From a virus (lineage: Duplodnaviria > Caudoviricetes): 64,000 nucleotides of DNA. The notes under the pieces were generated by a model. That model saw only the letters and a list, made by a program, of their open reading frames with translations, was not told the DNA's origin and searched no databases. The DNA lies in IMG/VR virus record IMGVR_UViG_3300031669_000010, positions 23,422-87,421 of that record; one strand, written 5' to 3'. The translations under genes and the position numbers were made by a program. Numbering within the stretch: position 1 is the first letter of the stretch; each line of letters opens with the position of its first letter. Positions 1 to 10,363 of the stretch are shown here, piece by piece.

Positions 1-1
1 T

Positions 2-328
2 GTAACAATGGTAATTGGTATATTGCTTCCTGAGATAATAAGAGCAGGAAGATATTACATTGCTCAAACTCCATTGTTTGCTATCAATGAAAAGAAAATA
101 TTTATTCCATTGTGGGATGAAAAGATGTTGAATGCTGCAAGGGATAAGGGAAGAAGCATTACTCGATTTAAGGGATTGGGTGAATTGTCTCCACCCCAAC
201 TGAAAATTTGTTTGTTGGATCCTGGTACAAGGAATCATAATGTAATCTCTTACACTGAGAATATAAATGAACTTGTGAAACTATTTTCAAGCGCCCAAGA
301 GAAAAGAAAGCTTGTAGTAGGAGAATAA
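2..328 (+). CDS. Type IIA topoisomerase B subunit, C-terminal part (5'-truncated by window)
   Basis: GRYYIAQTPLF and ITRFKGLGEL motifs of the GyrB/ParE C-terminus; frame is open to the window edge. Confidence 0.85.
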   Translation, partial: VTMVIGILLPEIIRAGRYYIAQTPLFAINEKKIFIPLWDEKMLNAARDKGRSITRFKGLGELSPPQLKICLLDPGTRNHNVISYTENINELVKLFSSAQEKRKLVVGE

Positions 329-332
329 AACT

Positions 333-713
333 ATGTCTCTATGGACAAAATTACAGAGAAACTATGTTAAAGATATTGAGGATAATTTGAAAGTTACGTT
401 TGATGGGAAACCAACAAGAATTGATGCTGATATATTTATAAAAAAGCACGCCGAAGCTAACAGAGAAGTTAGGCAGAGTCAAAATAAACAGACTCGTCCA
501 ACTGGAAAACAGTTAAGATGGATAAAAGACATTGAAGAAATTCTTGATGTGGAGTTTAAAGGTCGAACTGTTAAAACAGCATCAAAGTTCATTCAGAAAT
601 ACATTACAGAATATAATGCTAGGATGGGCACAGAGAAAAAAATCAAACGATATTACAATGGAGTTGCAGATAAAATAGAGGCTAATCAGCGGAGAAGGAG
701 AACTAGTTTATGA
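333..713 (+). CDS. Hypothetical phage protein
   Basis: 126-aa ORF in operon context; contains PTGKQLRWIKDIE..F.G.T...ASKFI short helical motif. Confidence 0.65.
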   Translation: MSLWTKLQRNYVKDIEDNLKVTFDGKPTRIDADIFIKKHAEANREVRQSQNKQTRPTGKQLRWIKDIEEILDVEFKGRTVKTASKFIQKYITEYNARMGTEKKIKRYYNGVADKIEANQRRRRTSL

Positions 714-862
714 GAAGAAAAGCAGTAACAACCGCATGTGCAGCATGTGATGATATGAAAGTTAATGATAAAAGTCAGATGGTCTGCAATTGGGGTAAAG
801 GTGGTAAGATACTTGAGCCACAAAAGGGTAAGAAACCCCTAACATGTAATTTAAAGAGGTAA
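710..862 (+). CDS. Small Cys-rich protein (50 aa; not in ORF track)
   Basis: ATGA overlap with upstream stop, AAGGAG RBS; MRRKAVTTACAACDD...C...C; fills the 713-867 gap. Confidence 0.55.
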   Translation: MRRKAVTTACAACDDMKVNDKSQMVCNWGKGGKILEPQKGKKPLTCNLKR

Positions 863-866
863 GAGA

Positions 867-1136
867 ATGCCGTATATTATGAAACAAATGAGGCCTGCGT
901 TTGATCCACATTTAAAAGCGATCGGGCCTCACACAACAGATCCAGGCGATTTAAATTATTGTATAACAGTTTTAGTTCATGAGTATGTTAGAGCTCATGG
1001 TCAATCATATGCTGTTATGAATGATTGCATAGGAGTACTTGATGCTGCGAAAGCCGAATTTTATAGACGCGTTGTTGCACCTTATGAGGATGTTAAAATC
1101 CAAGAAAACGGAGACATTGAGATCCTCAGAAAGTAA
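867..1136 (+). CDS. Conserved phage hypothetical protein
   Basis: GDLNY...AKAEFYRRVVAPYEDVKIQENGD signature recalled from a widespread phage family. Confidence 0.7.
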   Translation: MPYIMKQMRPAFDPHLKAIGPHTTDPGDLNYCITVLVHEYVRAHGQSYAVMNDCIGVLDAAKAEFYRRVVAPYEDVKIQENGDIEILRK

Positions 1137-1150
1137 GGAGAAAGAGAAAA

Positions 1151-1630
1151 ATGGGAACGAGAGCTGATTTTTATTTGGAGAGAGACGATAAGAGACTGAT
1201 GTGGATTGGAAGTTTGTATAAAGATGGTCATCCAGTGAACATTCCGATTGAAATATTAATTCAAGTAAATCCTGTGCTGTTTGAAGAACTCACAGTGACT
1301 TATTTAGAATTAAAGGATTCCGCCATAAGACAAAATGGCGATAAATGGCCTTGGCCTTGGGCGGATAGTAGAATGTCTGATTATTCATATATCTTTATGA
1401 TGAATAGAGTTATGGCATATTCACCTGATATAAAACGTCTATATGATCCGATTAAAATACTTCAAGGTGAAGATCTGAATTATGCAGCTCTCCCGTTTGA
1501 TATAAAATTCCCTATCATGTTGAAACAATCTCTAGACATGACAGAGGAACTATTGGATAAATATTCGTTGCAACCCATCTCAGAGGAGATATTAAAACAA
1601 TATGGACTACAACCTTCCAAAACTGTATAA
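1151..1630 (+). CDS. Hypothetical phage protein
   Basis: AAGGAG RBS; MGTRADFY..WIGS..DGHP N-terminus. Confidence 0.7.
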   Translation: MGTRADFYLERDDKRLMWIGSLYKDGHPVNIPIEILIQVNPVLFEELTVTYLELKDSAIRQNGDKWPWPWADSRMSDYSYIFMMNRVMAYSPDIKRLYDPIKILQGEDLNYAALPFDIKFPIMLKQSLDMTEELLDKYSLQPISEEILKQYGLQPSKTV

Positions 1631-2903
1631 GGACTATGGACAGTATTCTAATTATAGAAACTTTCCATTAGATATTGATGGGTTTAAACCTGTTGAAAGG
1701 CGTGTGCTTTTATCAGCATATAAAATTGCTAAAGTTAAGTTTGTAAAATCAAGACAGGTTGACGCTTACACAATTGGTCACTATCATCCACACGGTGAGT
1801 GTTATGGAACTGTAGTTCAAATGGTTCGTCAAGGATTTTTGATTGGTCAAGGAAATTTCGGTACAAATGTTGGAGTTGAGCCGGTTGGACCTGCCGCTCC
1901 TCGTTATACTGAATGTAAAATGGATCCAAGAACTTTAGATTTGGCATTTAAATACGTTGATCATGTTCCATGGATTGACAGTGAGATGGGTGATAAAGAA
2001 CCAGTCTATTTACCAATGATGTATCCCGGTTGTTTACTGGGTAGCGATTATACACAAGGAATTGGATTTGGTTTCAAAACATTTATTCCATGTTATAACA
2101 TAAAGGATCTTCAACAAAGACTATTATGGCTTCTCGGCATACGAAAGAGAAAGCCAATTATTGCACCCATAACCAATTGTAATATTGTAGCTTCTCCAGA
2201 AGAAGTTGACTCATTATTGACAACTGGTAAAGCAAAGATAGCTGTTGAAGGTATTATCATAGAAGAGCCAAGATTAAATACGGTCACATTAAAATCATGG
2301 CCACCAGGTAAGAAGTTTGAGTCTCTCCTTAATAAGTTTTCAAAAGAACTCAACGATGGAATGATTGGTTTTACAGATGTTTCAGTTACTGAGACAGAAA
2401 TCAAATTTCAGGTTTTAAGAGAGAGGAACAGAGATAAAATTTATAAAGATTTTGTTAAGTCGTTAAAAGATGCTATCAGAGGGCAAATTTCATTTGAGAT
2501 AAACCTTACGAATTTAGACCAAAAGGTAATTGTTAAATCGGTAGACAATATGCTGATGGACACATATAAAATGTTTTCTTCTATGAATGAAAACATGCTG
2601 AAGCATGGGATTCAACAATTGACGGAGAAAATTTCGGAGTATAAAGCACTTGAAATTATCCGTGAGCCTCTTGGGGTCTATATAAGTAAGAATCATAATA
2701 TTGAAGATGCCCTTATTCAAATTGAGAAGTCAACAGTTGTATCTGCTGAAACCGCAAAGACGTTGATAAAGAAATACATGATTCATAAAATGTTCACATT
2801 GAATACGGACACAACTGAAATAGATAAGGAAATAAAAATATTAACAGAGCATCTGAATAATTTAGATGCATTTGTACTGGAGCAATATAATGGACTATCG
2901 TGA
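1602..2903 (+). CDS. Type IIA topoisomerase A subunit (no C-terminal pinwheel)
   Basis: DGFKPVERRVL, YHPHGE, GQGNFG, AAPRYTE catalytic Tyr motif. Confidence 0.93.
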   Translation: MDYNLPKLYKDYGQYSNYRNFPLDIDGFKPVERRVLLSAYKIAKVKFVKSRQVDAYTIGHYHPHGECYGTVVQMVRQGFLIGQGNFGTNVGVEPVGPAAPRYTECKMDPRTLDLAFKYVDHVPWIDSEMGDKEPVYLPMMYPGCLLGSDYTQGIGFGFKTFIPCYNIKDLQQRLLWLLGIRKRKPIIAPITNCNIVASPEEVDSLLTTGKAKIAVEGIIIEEPRLNTVTLKSWPPGKKFESLLNKFSKELNDGMIGFTDVSVTETEIKFQVLRERNRDKIYKDFVKSLKDAIRGQISFEINLTNLDQKVIVKSVDNMLMDTYKMFSSMNENMLKHGIQQLTEKISEYKALEIIREPLGVYISKNHNIEDALIQIEKSTVVSAETAKTLIKKYMIHKMFTLNTDTTEIDKEIKILTEHLNNLDAFVLEQYNGLS

Positions 2904-3249
2904 TGAAGATAGGCATACATGTAGAGTGTGTCATGGAAGAAAAGTCATACCAGGCAGTTTTACGATTCGTGATGTATGTCCAAATTGTAATGGTATAGGA
3001 GAAATTGATTGGGTCTGCAACGCTATGGGTGGGGAAGGGAGAAATCCCCATCCAGACCATCAATTTTTATATAATATCGCACAACGAAACATTCAAGAAA
3101 TGATTCAGGAAATAAAGCGTCAAGGAGGTATGTTGGGCATGGTGGTAAACATAGAGGTTCATTTTGAAAGAGAACCTTCATTTGAACAAATGTATCTAAC
3201 AAATCCACGCCCAATGTTGTTTCCTAAAAATACAAAATTTCCAGAATAG
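2890..3249 (+). CDS. Protein with DnaJ-type CxxCxGxG zinc finger
   Basis: CRVCHGRK...CPNCNGIG; start reassigned to the ATG at 2890. Confidence 0.6.
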   Translation: MDYRDEDRHTCRVCHGRKVIPGSFTIRDVCPNCNGIGEIDWVCNAMGGEGRNPHPDHQFLYNIAQRNIQEMIQEIKRQGGMLGMVVNIEVHFEREPSFEQMYLTNPRPMLFPKNTKFPE

Positions 3250-3260
3250 GAGACTATAAT

Positions 3261-3698
3261 ATGTACAGATTATCAAAAGAGTTTAGTTTCGCCATGGGTC
3301 ACAGACTCAGTTATCACGAAGGATTATGTAAAAACTTTCACGGTCACAATTACACAGTTATCGTTGGTGTAAAAAGTGAATTTCTCAATGCAAATGGAAT
3401 GGTTATTGATTTCTCAGATCTTAAAGCTGTTGTTGTTGGATATTTGGATGAGATGGATCATGCTCTAATGGTCAATACTATGGATTGGAAGTTCGTCAAA
3501 ACGATGAAAGACCATTTTCCAGATATGAAAATAATTGAGACTCCTTATGAGCCAACAGCAGAAAATATGGCCAGGGATATATTTCTCAATACAAGAAAGG
3601 TGCTAACCGCAAATCTTGGAGTTAAACTAGGAATTGAAGTCGACTTTGTAACTGTTTATGAAACAGATACATCGCAGGCAACTTATTCAGATGATTAA
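3261..3698 (+). CDS. queD: 6-carboxytetrahydropterin synthase QueD
   Basis: FAMGHRL..HEGLCKNFHGHNY, VIDFSDLK, DHALMVN, PTAENMA, VYET. Confidence 0.94.
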   Translation: MYRLSKEFSFAMGHRLSYHEGLCKNFHGHNYTVIVGVKSEFLNANGMVIDFSDLKAVVVGYLDEMDHALMVNTMDWKFVKTMKDHFPDMKIIETPYEPTAENMARDIFLNTRKVLTANLGVKLGIEVDFVTVYETDTSQATYSDD

Positions 3699-5091
3699 TA
3701 TTATTAAAAGATCTGGGTTGCTAATTTCAAAGGAACATCAGTACGAAGATTGGTATATCAAAGTCAAAGAATTTTTGGAACGGCGAATGAAGTCTTATAA
3801 TTCATCCGCATCTGTAGTCCATGTATTTTATATTGAATCGGAGAAGTTTCTCTTGATACCGAGGAACTTCCCGATTCAACAATACATTTTTGATTATGAT
3901 ATAAAAGATGTAAGGCATGAAGGCCAACCAATTGAAATTGAACATAACATTAAACCCAGAAGTGAAGCACAAGAAAAGGCCATTAATTATATAATGACCA
4001 ATGAAAATGCAACACTACAATTAGCACCTGGAGTTGGTAAAACAGTCATATCAATCTATATGATTGCTGAGAGAAAAAAGAAAGCTCTTATATTTGTTCA
4101 TAGAGACCCACTGGCTAAACAATGGCGAAACAGATTAAAAGAATTTACAAATCTTGAGGATGATGATATTGCTTATCTCAGATCGGCAACATTTGAAACA
4201 GATTTGGATAAGCCAGTAATCATTTCAACAGTTCAAACATTCTTGTCCCTATTAAAAAGAAATCGTAAAGATTTCTTAGTTAAATTAAATGAGGCGGGTG
4301 TGGGTGTATGCGTGGCTGATGAGGTACATACTTCAGTTGGAGCACCAACATTTTCAGAATGTTCGATACACGTTCCTTCAAAATATACATATGGATTAAG
4401 TGCAACTCCATATCGTTATGACGGGAATGGAGATATCATTGAATTTCATCTTGGTGATATATATTCCGATACCGATTTAGAAGGAACGATGGACGCAAAG
4501 GTTGTGGTTTTGATGTTAGATTATCAAATAGATACACCCAACAGATACAAGTATATACGTTGGGGTGGCGATTTCCAAAGAGCACGGTATCTTAATCTAA
4601 TGAAGAAATCAAAACCGTTCACAGAAGCAATGAGGGGTGTGTTGACCCGATTTAAAAATAGGGATCTGATATGTATAGCTGAAAGAATCAAGTTGATCGA
4701 ACAGTTATATGATTGGATGCCGAGTAAAAGTAAAGCTAAATTTTGTGGTTCTGGTGGACTCGAAACTCTTAATTCTAAAATCACATTCGCAACACCTGGT
4801 AAATGTAGAGATGGAATTGATGCAACATGGAAAGATTCAATAATCATGACATCTCCAATCTCAAACATTGAACAATTAACCGGAAGAGTTCTTAGGGATA
4901 GTGAAGGCAAACAAACTCCTATAATAGTTGATATGGTTGATTACGGGTGTAACGATATTGCCAGGACATTTCATAAGCGTCAACAGTTTTATGATGATAA
5001 GAAATGGCCTGTTCAATATTTGATATTTTCAAATGATGGTTTAAAATCAATTGATCGAGAAATTACACACAGAATCCTAAGAGGTGAATAA
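3691..5091 (+). CDS. Superfamily 2 helicase (UvsW/Rad25-like)
   Basis: LAPGVGKT Walker A, ADEVH motif II, GLSATP motif III, EQLTGRVLR motif VI. Confidence 0.88.
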   Translation: MINIIKRSGLLISKEHQYEDWYIKVKEFLERRMKSYNSSASVVHVFYIESEKFLLIPRNFPIQQYIFDYDIKDVRHEGQPIEIEHNIKPRSEAQEKAINYIMTNENATLQLAPGVGKTVISIYMIAERKKKALIFVHRDPLAKQWRNRLKEFTNLEDDDIAYLRSATFETDLDKPVIISTVQTFLSLLKRNRKDFLVKLNEAGVGVCVADEVHTSVGAPTFSECSIHVPSKYTYGLSATPYRYDGNGDIIEFHLGDIYSDTDLEGTMDAKVVVLMLDYQIDTPNRYKYIRWGGDFQRARYLNLMKKSKPFTEAMRGVLTRFKNRDLICIAERIKLIEQLYDWMPSKSKAKFCGSGGLETLNSKITFATPGKCRDGIDATWKDSIIMTSPISNIEQLTGRVLRDSEGKQTPIIVDMVDYGCNDIARTFHKRQQFYDDKKWPVQYLIFSNDGLKSIDREITHRILRGE

Positions 5092-5459
5092 TGAAAATAA
5101 AGACAGACTTTGTAACAAACAGTAGCTCATCCTCATTTGTCGTTATAGGATCCCATATTGATGCAGTGAATATTCCGATTGAAGTATTTCAAAAAATCAA
5201 GGCCAAAGTTCAGGTGACGATTGAAAATATACTTGAAGATCCGTATGAGTATATTGATCCCCTTTTAAGAGGAACGGATTTACAATGGTCTGCCGGATGT
5301 GAATATGACGATGGACTTATGATTGGAATTCCATATACCAGTATGGGTGAGGATGAGACTCTTAAACAATTTAGACAAAGAGTACAAGAAGGAATTAAAC
5401 AATATCTTGGGATAGATACCACACCTGGGCATATCGAAGAATGCTGGATGGACAACTAA
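5091..5459 (+). CDS. MKxKxDFVTNSS-motif protein 1
   Basis: N-terminus MKIKTDFVTNSSSSSF. Confidence 0.75.
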   Translation: MKIKTDFVTNSSSSSFVVIGSHIDAVNIPIEVFQKIKAKVQVTIENILEDPYEYIDPLLRGTDLQWSAGCEYDDGLMIGIPYTSMGEDETLKQFRQRVQEGIKQYLGIDTTPGHIEECWMDN

Positions 5460-5806
5460 TGAAAGTAAAAGCAGACTTCGTAACCAACAGCAGTTCGACT
5501 GCATATATAATTACAAATACCAGTGATAAACATTTAGATCTAGTTGCTTTTGTGAAAGAGAATCCCCAAATAATTGATCAATTTTTAGATGAGTACGATT
5601 GGTATAAAGGGGAAAAAAGGTTTTCACAAAAACATATGATTGAGTCCGCAAAGCAAAACAATAAAACATTTAAACCAGAATATTCTCATTATATTGTCTT
5701 CGGAGATGAAAGTGGGACACTGATCGGTCAGGTGTTTGATTACATGTTAAGAGGCGGAGGGTCATCAAAAAATTTCACATGGAGATTTTGTGAGTATCTG
5801 AGGTAA
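5459..5806 (+). CDS. MKxKxDFVTNSS-motif protein 2
   Basis: TAATG overlap; MKVKADFVTNSSSTAY. Confidence 0.75.
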   Translation: MKVKADFVTNSSSTAYIITNTSDKHLDLVAFVKENPQIIDQFLDEYDWYKGEKRFSQKHMIESAKQNNKTFKPEYSHYIVFGDESGTLIGQVFDYMLRGGGSSKNFTWRFCEYLR

Positions 5807-5811
5807 TTGCT

Positions 5812-6105
5812 ATGAAAATGAAAACAGATTTTGTTACTAATAGTTCATGTGCAAGCTTTGTTATTGAAAAGAAGCATCTAACCAACCTTCAAATAGATTT
5901 AATTTATGAACATCATGAATTTGCTAAACAGTATCACTCACATGCTATTGAATACACACCAGAAAAGAGTGGGTGGGACATCTGCGGAGTTGGAGATACT
6001 ATTAAAGGTACTACGTCTATGGACAACTTTGATATGTTGTGGTTACTTCTTGAGATTGGTATTGATGAAGATCACATAGAATATGAAGGATGTTACGGAG
6101 AATGA
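5812..6105 (+). CDS. MKxKxDFVTNSS-motif protein 3
   Basis: MKMKTDFVTNSSCASF. Confidence 0.75.
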   Translation: MKMKTDFVTNSSCASFVIEKKHLTNLQIDLIYEHHEFAKQYHSHAIEYTPEKSGWDICGVGDTIKGTTSMDNFDMLWLLLEIGIDEDHIEYEGCYGE

Positions 6106-6533
6106 AAATAAAAGCTGATTTTGTCACTAATAGTTCATCTACTGCATATGTTGTTTTTGTACCAAACAATTTCTATGCTGATGAAGAAGAAATTAAAAAA
6201 CTATATAATGATGAATACAAAGAATATGAGACCTTAACAGATGAACAATTATTTAAAAATTTGCCTGACTGTATAGAACTTTTAAAAGAGGGTGACAATG
6301 TTTGGAGTTATGGCTCAGAAGGAATCACTACAAATATATGGAATATGACAGTAGACATCTGCAGACACCACGATTTAGTACTATCGAGCCTTGAAATGAA
6401 TGGTGAAGGCAATAATATCATTCAAGGAGTAAAAGAAGAACAGATTGAAAAAATATTTATGACCAACATTGATATAATGTCAACGTTCAACATGATACAA
6501 AGGAGTCAAAATGTTACTACAAAAACTGAATAA
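6102..6533 (+). CDS. MKxKxDFVTNSS-motif protein 4
   Basis: ATGA overlap, GGAG RBS; MKIKADFVTNSSSTAY. Confidence 0.75.
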   Translation: MKIKADFVTNSSSTAYVVFVPNNFYADEEEIKKLYNDEYKEYETLTDEQLFKNLPDCIELLKEGDNVWSYGSEGITTNIWNMTVDICRHHDLVLSSLEMNGEGNNIIQGVKEEQIEKIFMTNIDIMSTFNMIQRSQNVTTKTE

Positions 6534-6759
6534 TCGAAAAGGATTTACATTGATTGAAGTAATAGTCGTGATAGTTATCCTTGCTATCTTGGCTATGGTT
6601 GTGGTTCCAATGCTTGCTGTAATATATTCCGATTCAGATAGTGAACCGGTTCAAATCATGACACAGAATGAGGAAAAGGCATTAGAGGATAAAGACGAAA
6701 CTCCAAAGCTTCAAGAGCCTGAAGTAGAAAAATCAAAAGGAGATATGAATAAATTATGA
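6511..6759 (+). CDS. Short type IV prepilin/pseudopilin-like protein
   Basis: NRKG|FTLIEVIVVIVILAILAMVVVP class III signal peptide followed by an acidic tail. Confidence 0.82.
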   Translation: MLLQKLNNRKGFTLIEVIVVIVILAILAMVVVPMLAVIYSDSDSEPVQIMTQNEEKALEDKDETPKLQEPEVEKSKGDMNKL

Positions 6760-7781
6760 AGTTTGCATTTATGGCCGACATTCATCTTTCAAAATATGCG
6801 CAAGATAAACTCGAAGATGAATCAAATCTTCCTGAGCGATTACACAGTATTAAAATGGCTTTACACGAAGTAGCAGAGTATTGTATTGGCCATGATATTC
6901 CAACCATCATCATTGGTGGTGATATCCTTCATGGTAAGTCAATCATACATGCAATCGCTCAGGATATAATGCTGGAGTATTTTCAAACATTTGGAAAGAA
7001 AATCAGCTTTGTGGTTATCGATGGAAATCATGATCTGTCTGGCAAGGGAGAAGATGTTGTTTCAGCATTGAGATCTCTTTCGACAGTGCCCGGTGTATCT
7101 TGGGTTCCCCATAATCGAGTAGAGAGGACCAAAGAAGATATATTGTTGGTTCCGTATTCACATAGTGTATCAAAGATTGTAAAAGAAAACAAAGCAAGGA
7201 TTCTGATTTCACACTTCGGCCTTACCGAAGCAATGTTAAGTTCAGGTATGAGTATCGTATCTGATATTAGCGTTTCAGATTTGGTCGGAAAATATGAATT
7301 AGTGTTACTCGGTCATTATCACAAACCTCAAGAAATTATCAAAGAGAACTTCAGGTTGTATTACTCAGGATCATTGATTCAATTAGACTGGGGTGAGAAG
7401 GGCGAGATTAAAAGGTTTCTGGTTGTCGATACAGATTCAATGCAAGTCGATGAAATTCCAATAACTCATTATCGAAAACACATTGAAATTGAATTAACTG
7501 ACTTAAATAAAGATGAAGCATTTAAGGCTGCTAAGGAAGCTACAGATGCAGGACACCATGTTAAAGTTCTTATGAAAGAGAAGGTCGATTTATCAAGAGT
7601 CAAGGGAAACTTTAACATCGTAGACAAAACAGAAACCGATATAACAGACAGGGGTATCACAAGTTCAATGTCTCAGAAGGATCGAATTGATCGCTATATT
7701 GAAATAAAAGAAATTCCTGAACATCTAAGGGATGAATATTCAAAAGAGGCATTAGATATTATTGAAAATTGCGAGGTATGA
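6756..7781 (+). CDS. sbcD: SbcD/Mre11 (T4 gp47-like) nuclease
   Basis: ADIH, GGDILH, GNHD, SHFG, LGHYH metallophosphoesterase motifs; adjacent to SbcC. Confidence 0.9.
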   Translation: MKFAFMADIHLSKYAQDKLEDESNLPERLHSIKMALHEVAEYCIGHDIPTIIIGGDILHGKSIIHAIAQDIMLEYFQTFGKKISFVVIDGNHDLSGKGEDVVSALRSLSTVPGVSWVPHNRVERTKEDILLVPYSHSVSKIVKENKARILISHFGLTEAMLSSGMSIVSDISVSDLVGKYELVLLGHYHKPQEIIKENFRLYYSGSLIQLDWGEKGEIKRFLVVDTDSMQVDEIPITHYRKHIEIELTDLNKDEAFKAAKEATDAGHHVKVLMKEKVDLSRVKGNFNIVDKTETDITDRGITSSMSQKDRIDRYIEIKEIPEHLRDEYSKEALDIIENCEV

Positions 7782-7782
7782 T

Positions 7783-9972
7783 ATGAGGCGAATTGATATT
7801 CAAGAAGTGGGGATGGAGAATTTTGGTCCGTATATCGACCCCATGATTTTAGAATTTAAACCTGACTCCATGGTTTTAATGACTGGTCCAAATGGTATCG
7901 GTAAGACAATGTCCCTTGACGCAATTCCATTTACATTCTATGGTGTTACGAGCAAAGGTGCAAAGGGCGATGATGTGGTAAATAACGTTATCGGCAAAAA
8001 TTGTAAAACATGGGTCAAGTTTGATATTGATAATGACAGATATCTTATTACCCGGTATCAGAAATATACAAAAGCAGGAACCACAGTCATTCTCAACAAA
8101 AACGATGTTGATATTAAAAAGGGTCATAAAGAAGTATTGCCTGAAATTGAAAAATTGATATGTTCAAAGAAATCATTTATGAACACATTGATGTTTGGTC
8201 AGAAGGTAAAAGACTTCTTTACAGATCTACTTGATTCTGATAAAAAGACAATCTTTCGAGAAATATTGGCACTCGAACTTTATCAGGTATATTACAAGAA
8301 GGCTGATGAACGATTGAAAGCTGTCAAGGCTGAACTTGAGGAAATTGAAAAACAGCAAGGAATCAATCATGGGTTGAATGAAGATGCCAATGCTCAAATT
8401 GAGTTGCTACGAGGTCTCCAGAAAAAATGGGAGCAGGAAAAGAAAGAAGCCCTAATCGAACTCAAGAAGTCAATTGATACAAACAAACGTCTATTAGAAA
8501 CTTGGAAAGAGGCATTGAAAGCTCTTAAAAAGGAAGATGTTGATATTGGCGACACATTGAAGGCCTTAGATTATGTTAGATCTGAGTTGAGTACAATCCA
8601 AGAAAGATTTGATGCTGAATTGCAATCAATTGAACAGAGAAAAACTACCAAACTTCTCGAGATACAAAACAAAGCAAATGAAGTATCTAATGAAATTAAG
8701 GCAAGATACAGGATAGAGTATGATCGAATTGATAAAGAGGTAGCGGAGTTAAAAGAATCATCAAACGATCTTGTTAATACAGCTCAGACGAGAAGGCATA
8801 AGGTCGAACTCAAAATTGAAAACATTGAATCTAACATAAGAAATTGGCAGGAACGGGCAAAGGAGATACAAGATAATGTCTTCGAGGCCGGTATTACAGA
8901 GTGCCCCTTATGTCAGCAGGAAGTGTCAGATAAAACTATTGAGTTGTTGGGTGAAAAAGTTGCAGGTTATGATAATGATGTGAGTGAAGCTCTTAAGTTA
9001 GTAATCAAGCAGCAAGAACAGATCAAAGAGATCAACGCCAAAATGATTGCAGGATCAAAGAAACTGACAGGATTCATTGAAGCTCTTCAAGGTACTAAGC
9101 AATTATTAATAAGTAAAGAAATGATAGAAGTGAAAGAACTTGATCTTCGATTAATCCAAGCAACTGAAAAAGTTAATGATTTGGCGGGGAATGAAGCTGG
9201 ACTAAAAGAGATTGCAGTTCAAAAAGCTAAAGATGAACTTGAATCTACAGAGCTGACATTACAGGCGACATATGAGCTTCAGGAAAAAGCTATTGAAAGT
9301 AGAAATGAAGTGCAGGAAAGAGTCGAGAGTTTGAAGCAGGAAATAAGTCGAATGGAAAGTCAGATCAAGGACAAAGAAGAATCCAAGCATGACAAAACCC
9401 AATTGAACTCTTATACGAAACGCTTAATTGATCTTGATAAAGTCCTTCAAGACCTTGAAACAAAGTGGGATGTACTTGATGGTAAGGCACAAAGACTTGA
9501 ATTTTGGAAGTCGGCGTTTTCACCATCAGGAATTCCATCTATGTTGATTGATGAAGCAATTCCATTTATGAATGAGAAGGTTTCATACTATCTCGAAAAA
9601 TTCACAAATGGTCGATATATCGTATCATTTGATACACTAGCAGCAACAAAGGCCGGAGAGTTCAGAGATAAAATTTCGGTCAATGTTGTTGATACATATA
9701 CACGAGCAAATTCAAGGGTTCAATTGTCCGGTGGGCAAACACGAATCATTGATATTGCTACAATCCTAACGCTTGGGGATTTACAATCAAGCATTCAAGA
9801 AGTATCAATAAACATCTTGTTATTTGATGAAATATTTGATAGTCTTGACGAAGAAAACATCGGCTACGTATCTAAAGTATTGTCCCAATTGAAGTTTGGA
9901 AAATCTATTTATTTAATTTCACACAGACATGAGGATCAATTAGAAGTCGATGAAACTCTGACATTGCATTAA
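7783..9972 (+). CDS. sbcC: SbcC/Rad50 (T4 gp46-like) ATPase
   Basis: GPNGIGKT Walker A, coiled coil with CPLC zinc hook, LSGGQ signature, LLFDE Walker B, ISH. Confidence 0.93.
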   Translation: MRRIDIQEVGMENFGPYIDPMILEFKPDSMVLMTGPNGIGKTMSLDAIPFTFYGVTSKGAKGDDVVNNVIGKNCKTWVKFDIDNDRYLITRYQKYTKAGTTVILNKNDVDIKKGHKEVLPEIEKLICSKKSFMNTLMFGQKVKDFFTDLLDSDKKTIFREILALELYQVYYKKADERLKAVKAELEEIEKQQGINHGLNEDANAQIELLRGLQKKWEQEKKEALIELKKSIDTNKRLLETWKEALKALKKEDVDIGDTLKALDYVRSELSTIQERFDAELQSIEQRKTTKLLEIQNKANEVSNEIKARYRIEYDRIDKEVAELKESSNDLVNTAQTRRHKVELKIENIESNIRNWQERAKEIQDNVFEAGITECPLCQQEVSDKTIELLGEKVAGYDNDVSEALKLVIKQQEQIKEINAKMIAGSKKLTGFIEALQGTKQLLISKEMIEVKELDLRLIQATEKVNDLAGNEAGLKEIAVQKAKDELESTELTLQATYELQEKAIESRNEVQERVESLKQEISRMESQIKDKEESKHDKTQLNSYTKRLIDLDKVLQDLETKWDVLDGKAQRLEFWKSAFSPSGIPSMLIDEAIPFMNEKVSYYLEKFTNGRYIVSFDTLAATKAGEFRDKISVNVVDTYTRANSRVQLSGGQTRIIDIATILTLGDLQSSIQEVSINILLFDEIFDSLDEENIGYVSKVLSQLKFGKSIYLISHRHEDQLEVDETLTLH

Positions 9973-9981
9973 GGTGTCGCT

Positions 9982-10362
9982 ATGAAAATAAAAAATGATT
10001 TCGTTACAAATAGTTCTTCCTCATCATTTGTATTTGAAGCATCGGAAAAGATTTTGCGAAAAGATATCGAGAAACATATGAGATTCTATTACGCTGAATG
10101 CTTCCGGTGCTTCACTAACAAAAAGAGTTTAACAGAGTTTACAGAAGCAGGCTACGGAGACTGGGTTTCAAAGGCAAGGGGTGAACCTGCTACATTTTGG
10201 AATATGGATCCATCCTGTTACAGAGAAGCATGTAAGATTTTAAATTGTGGTATGTTTGTCATCTATGCTTCTGTTGACAGGAACGATATGGACAGAGTTG
10301 AGAAGTTCCAGGATCTTGTGGAAGATCGTGGTGGAAGAATAAGAACCAGGAGTGGAGATTAA
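9982..10362 (+). CDS. MKxKxDFVTNSS-motif protein 5
   Basis: MKIKNDFVTNSSSSSF; directly upstream of a radical SAM gene. Confidence 0.75.
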   Translation: MKIKNDFVTNSSSSSFVFEASEKILRKDIEKHMRFYYAECFRCFTNKKSLTEFTEAGYGDWVSKARGEPATFWNMDPSCYREACKILNCGMFVIYASVDRNDMDRVEKFQDLVEDRGGRIRTRSGD

Positions 10363-10363
10363 T

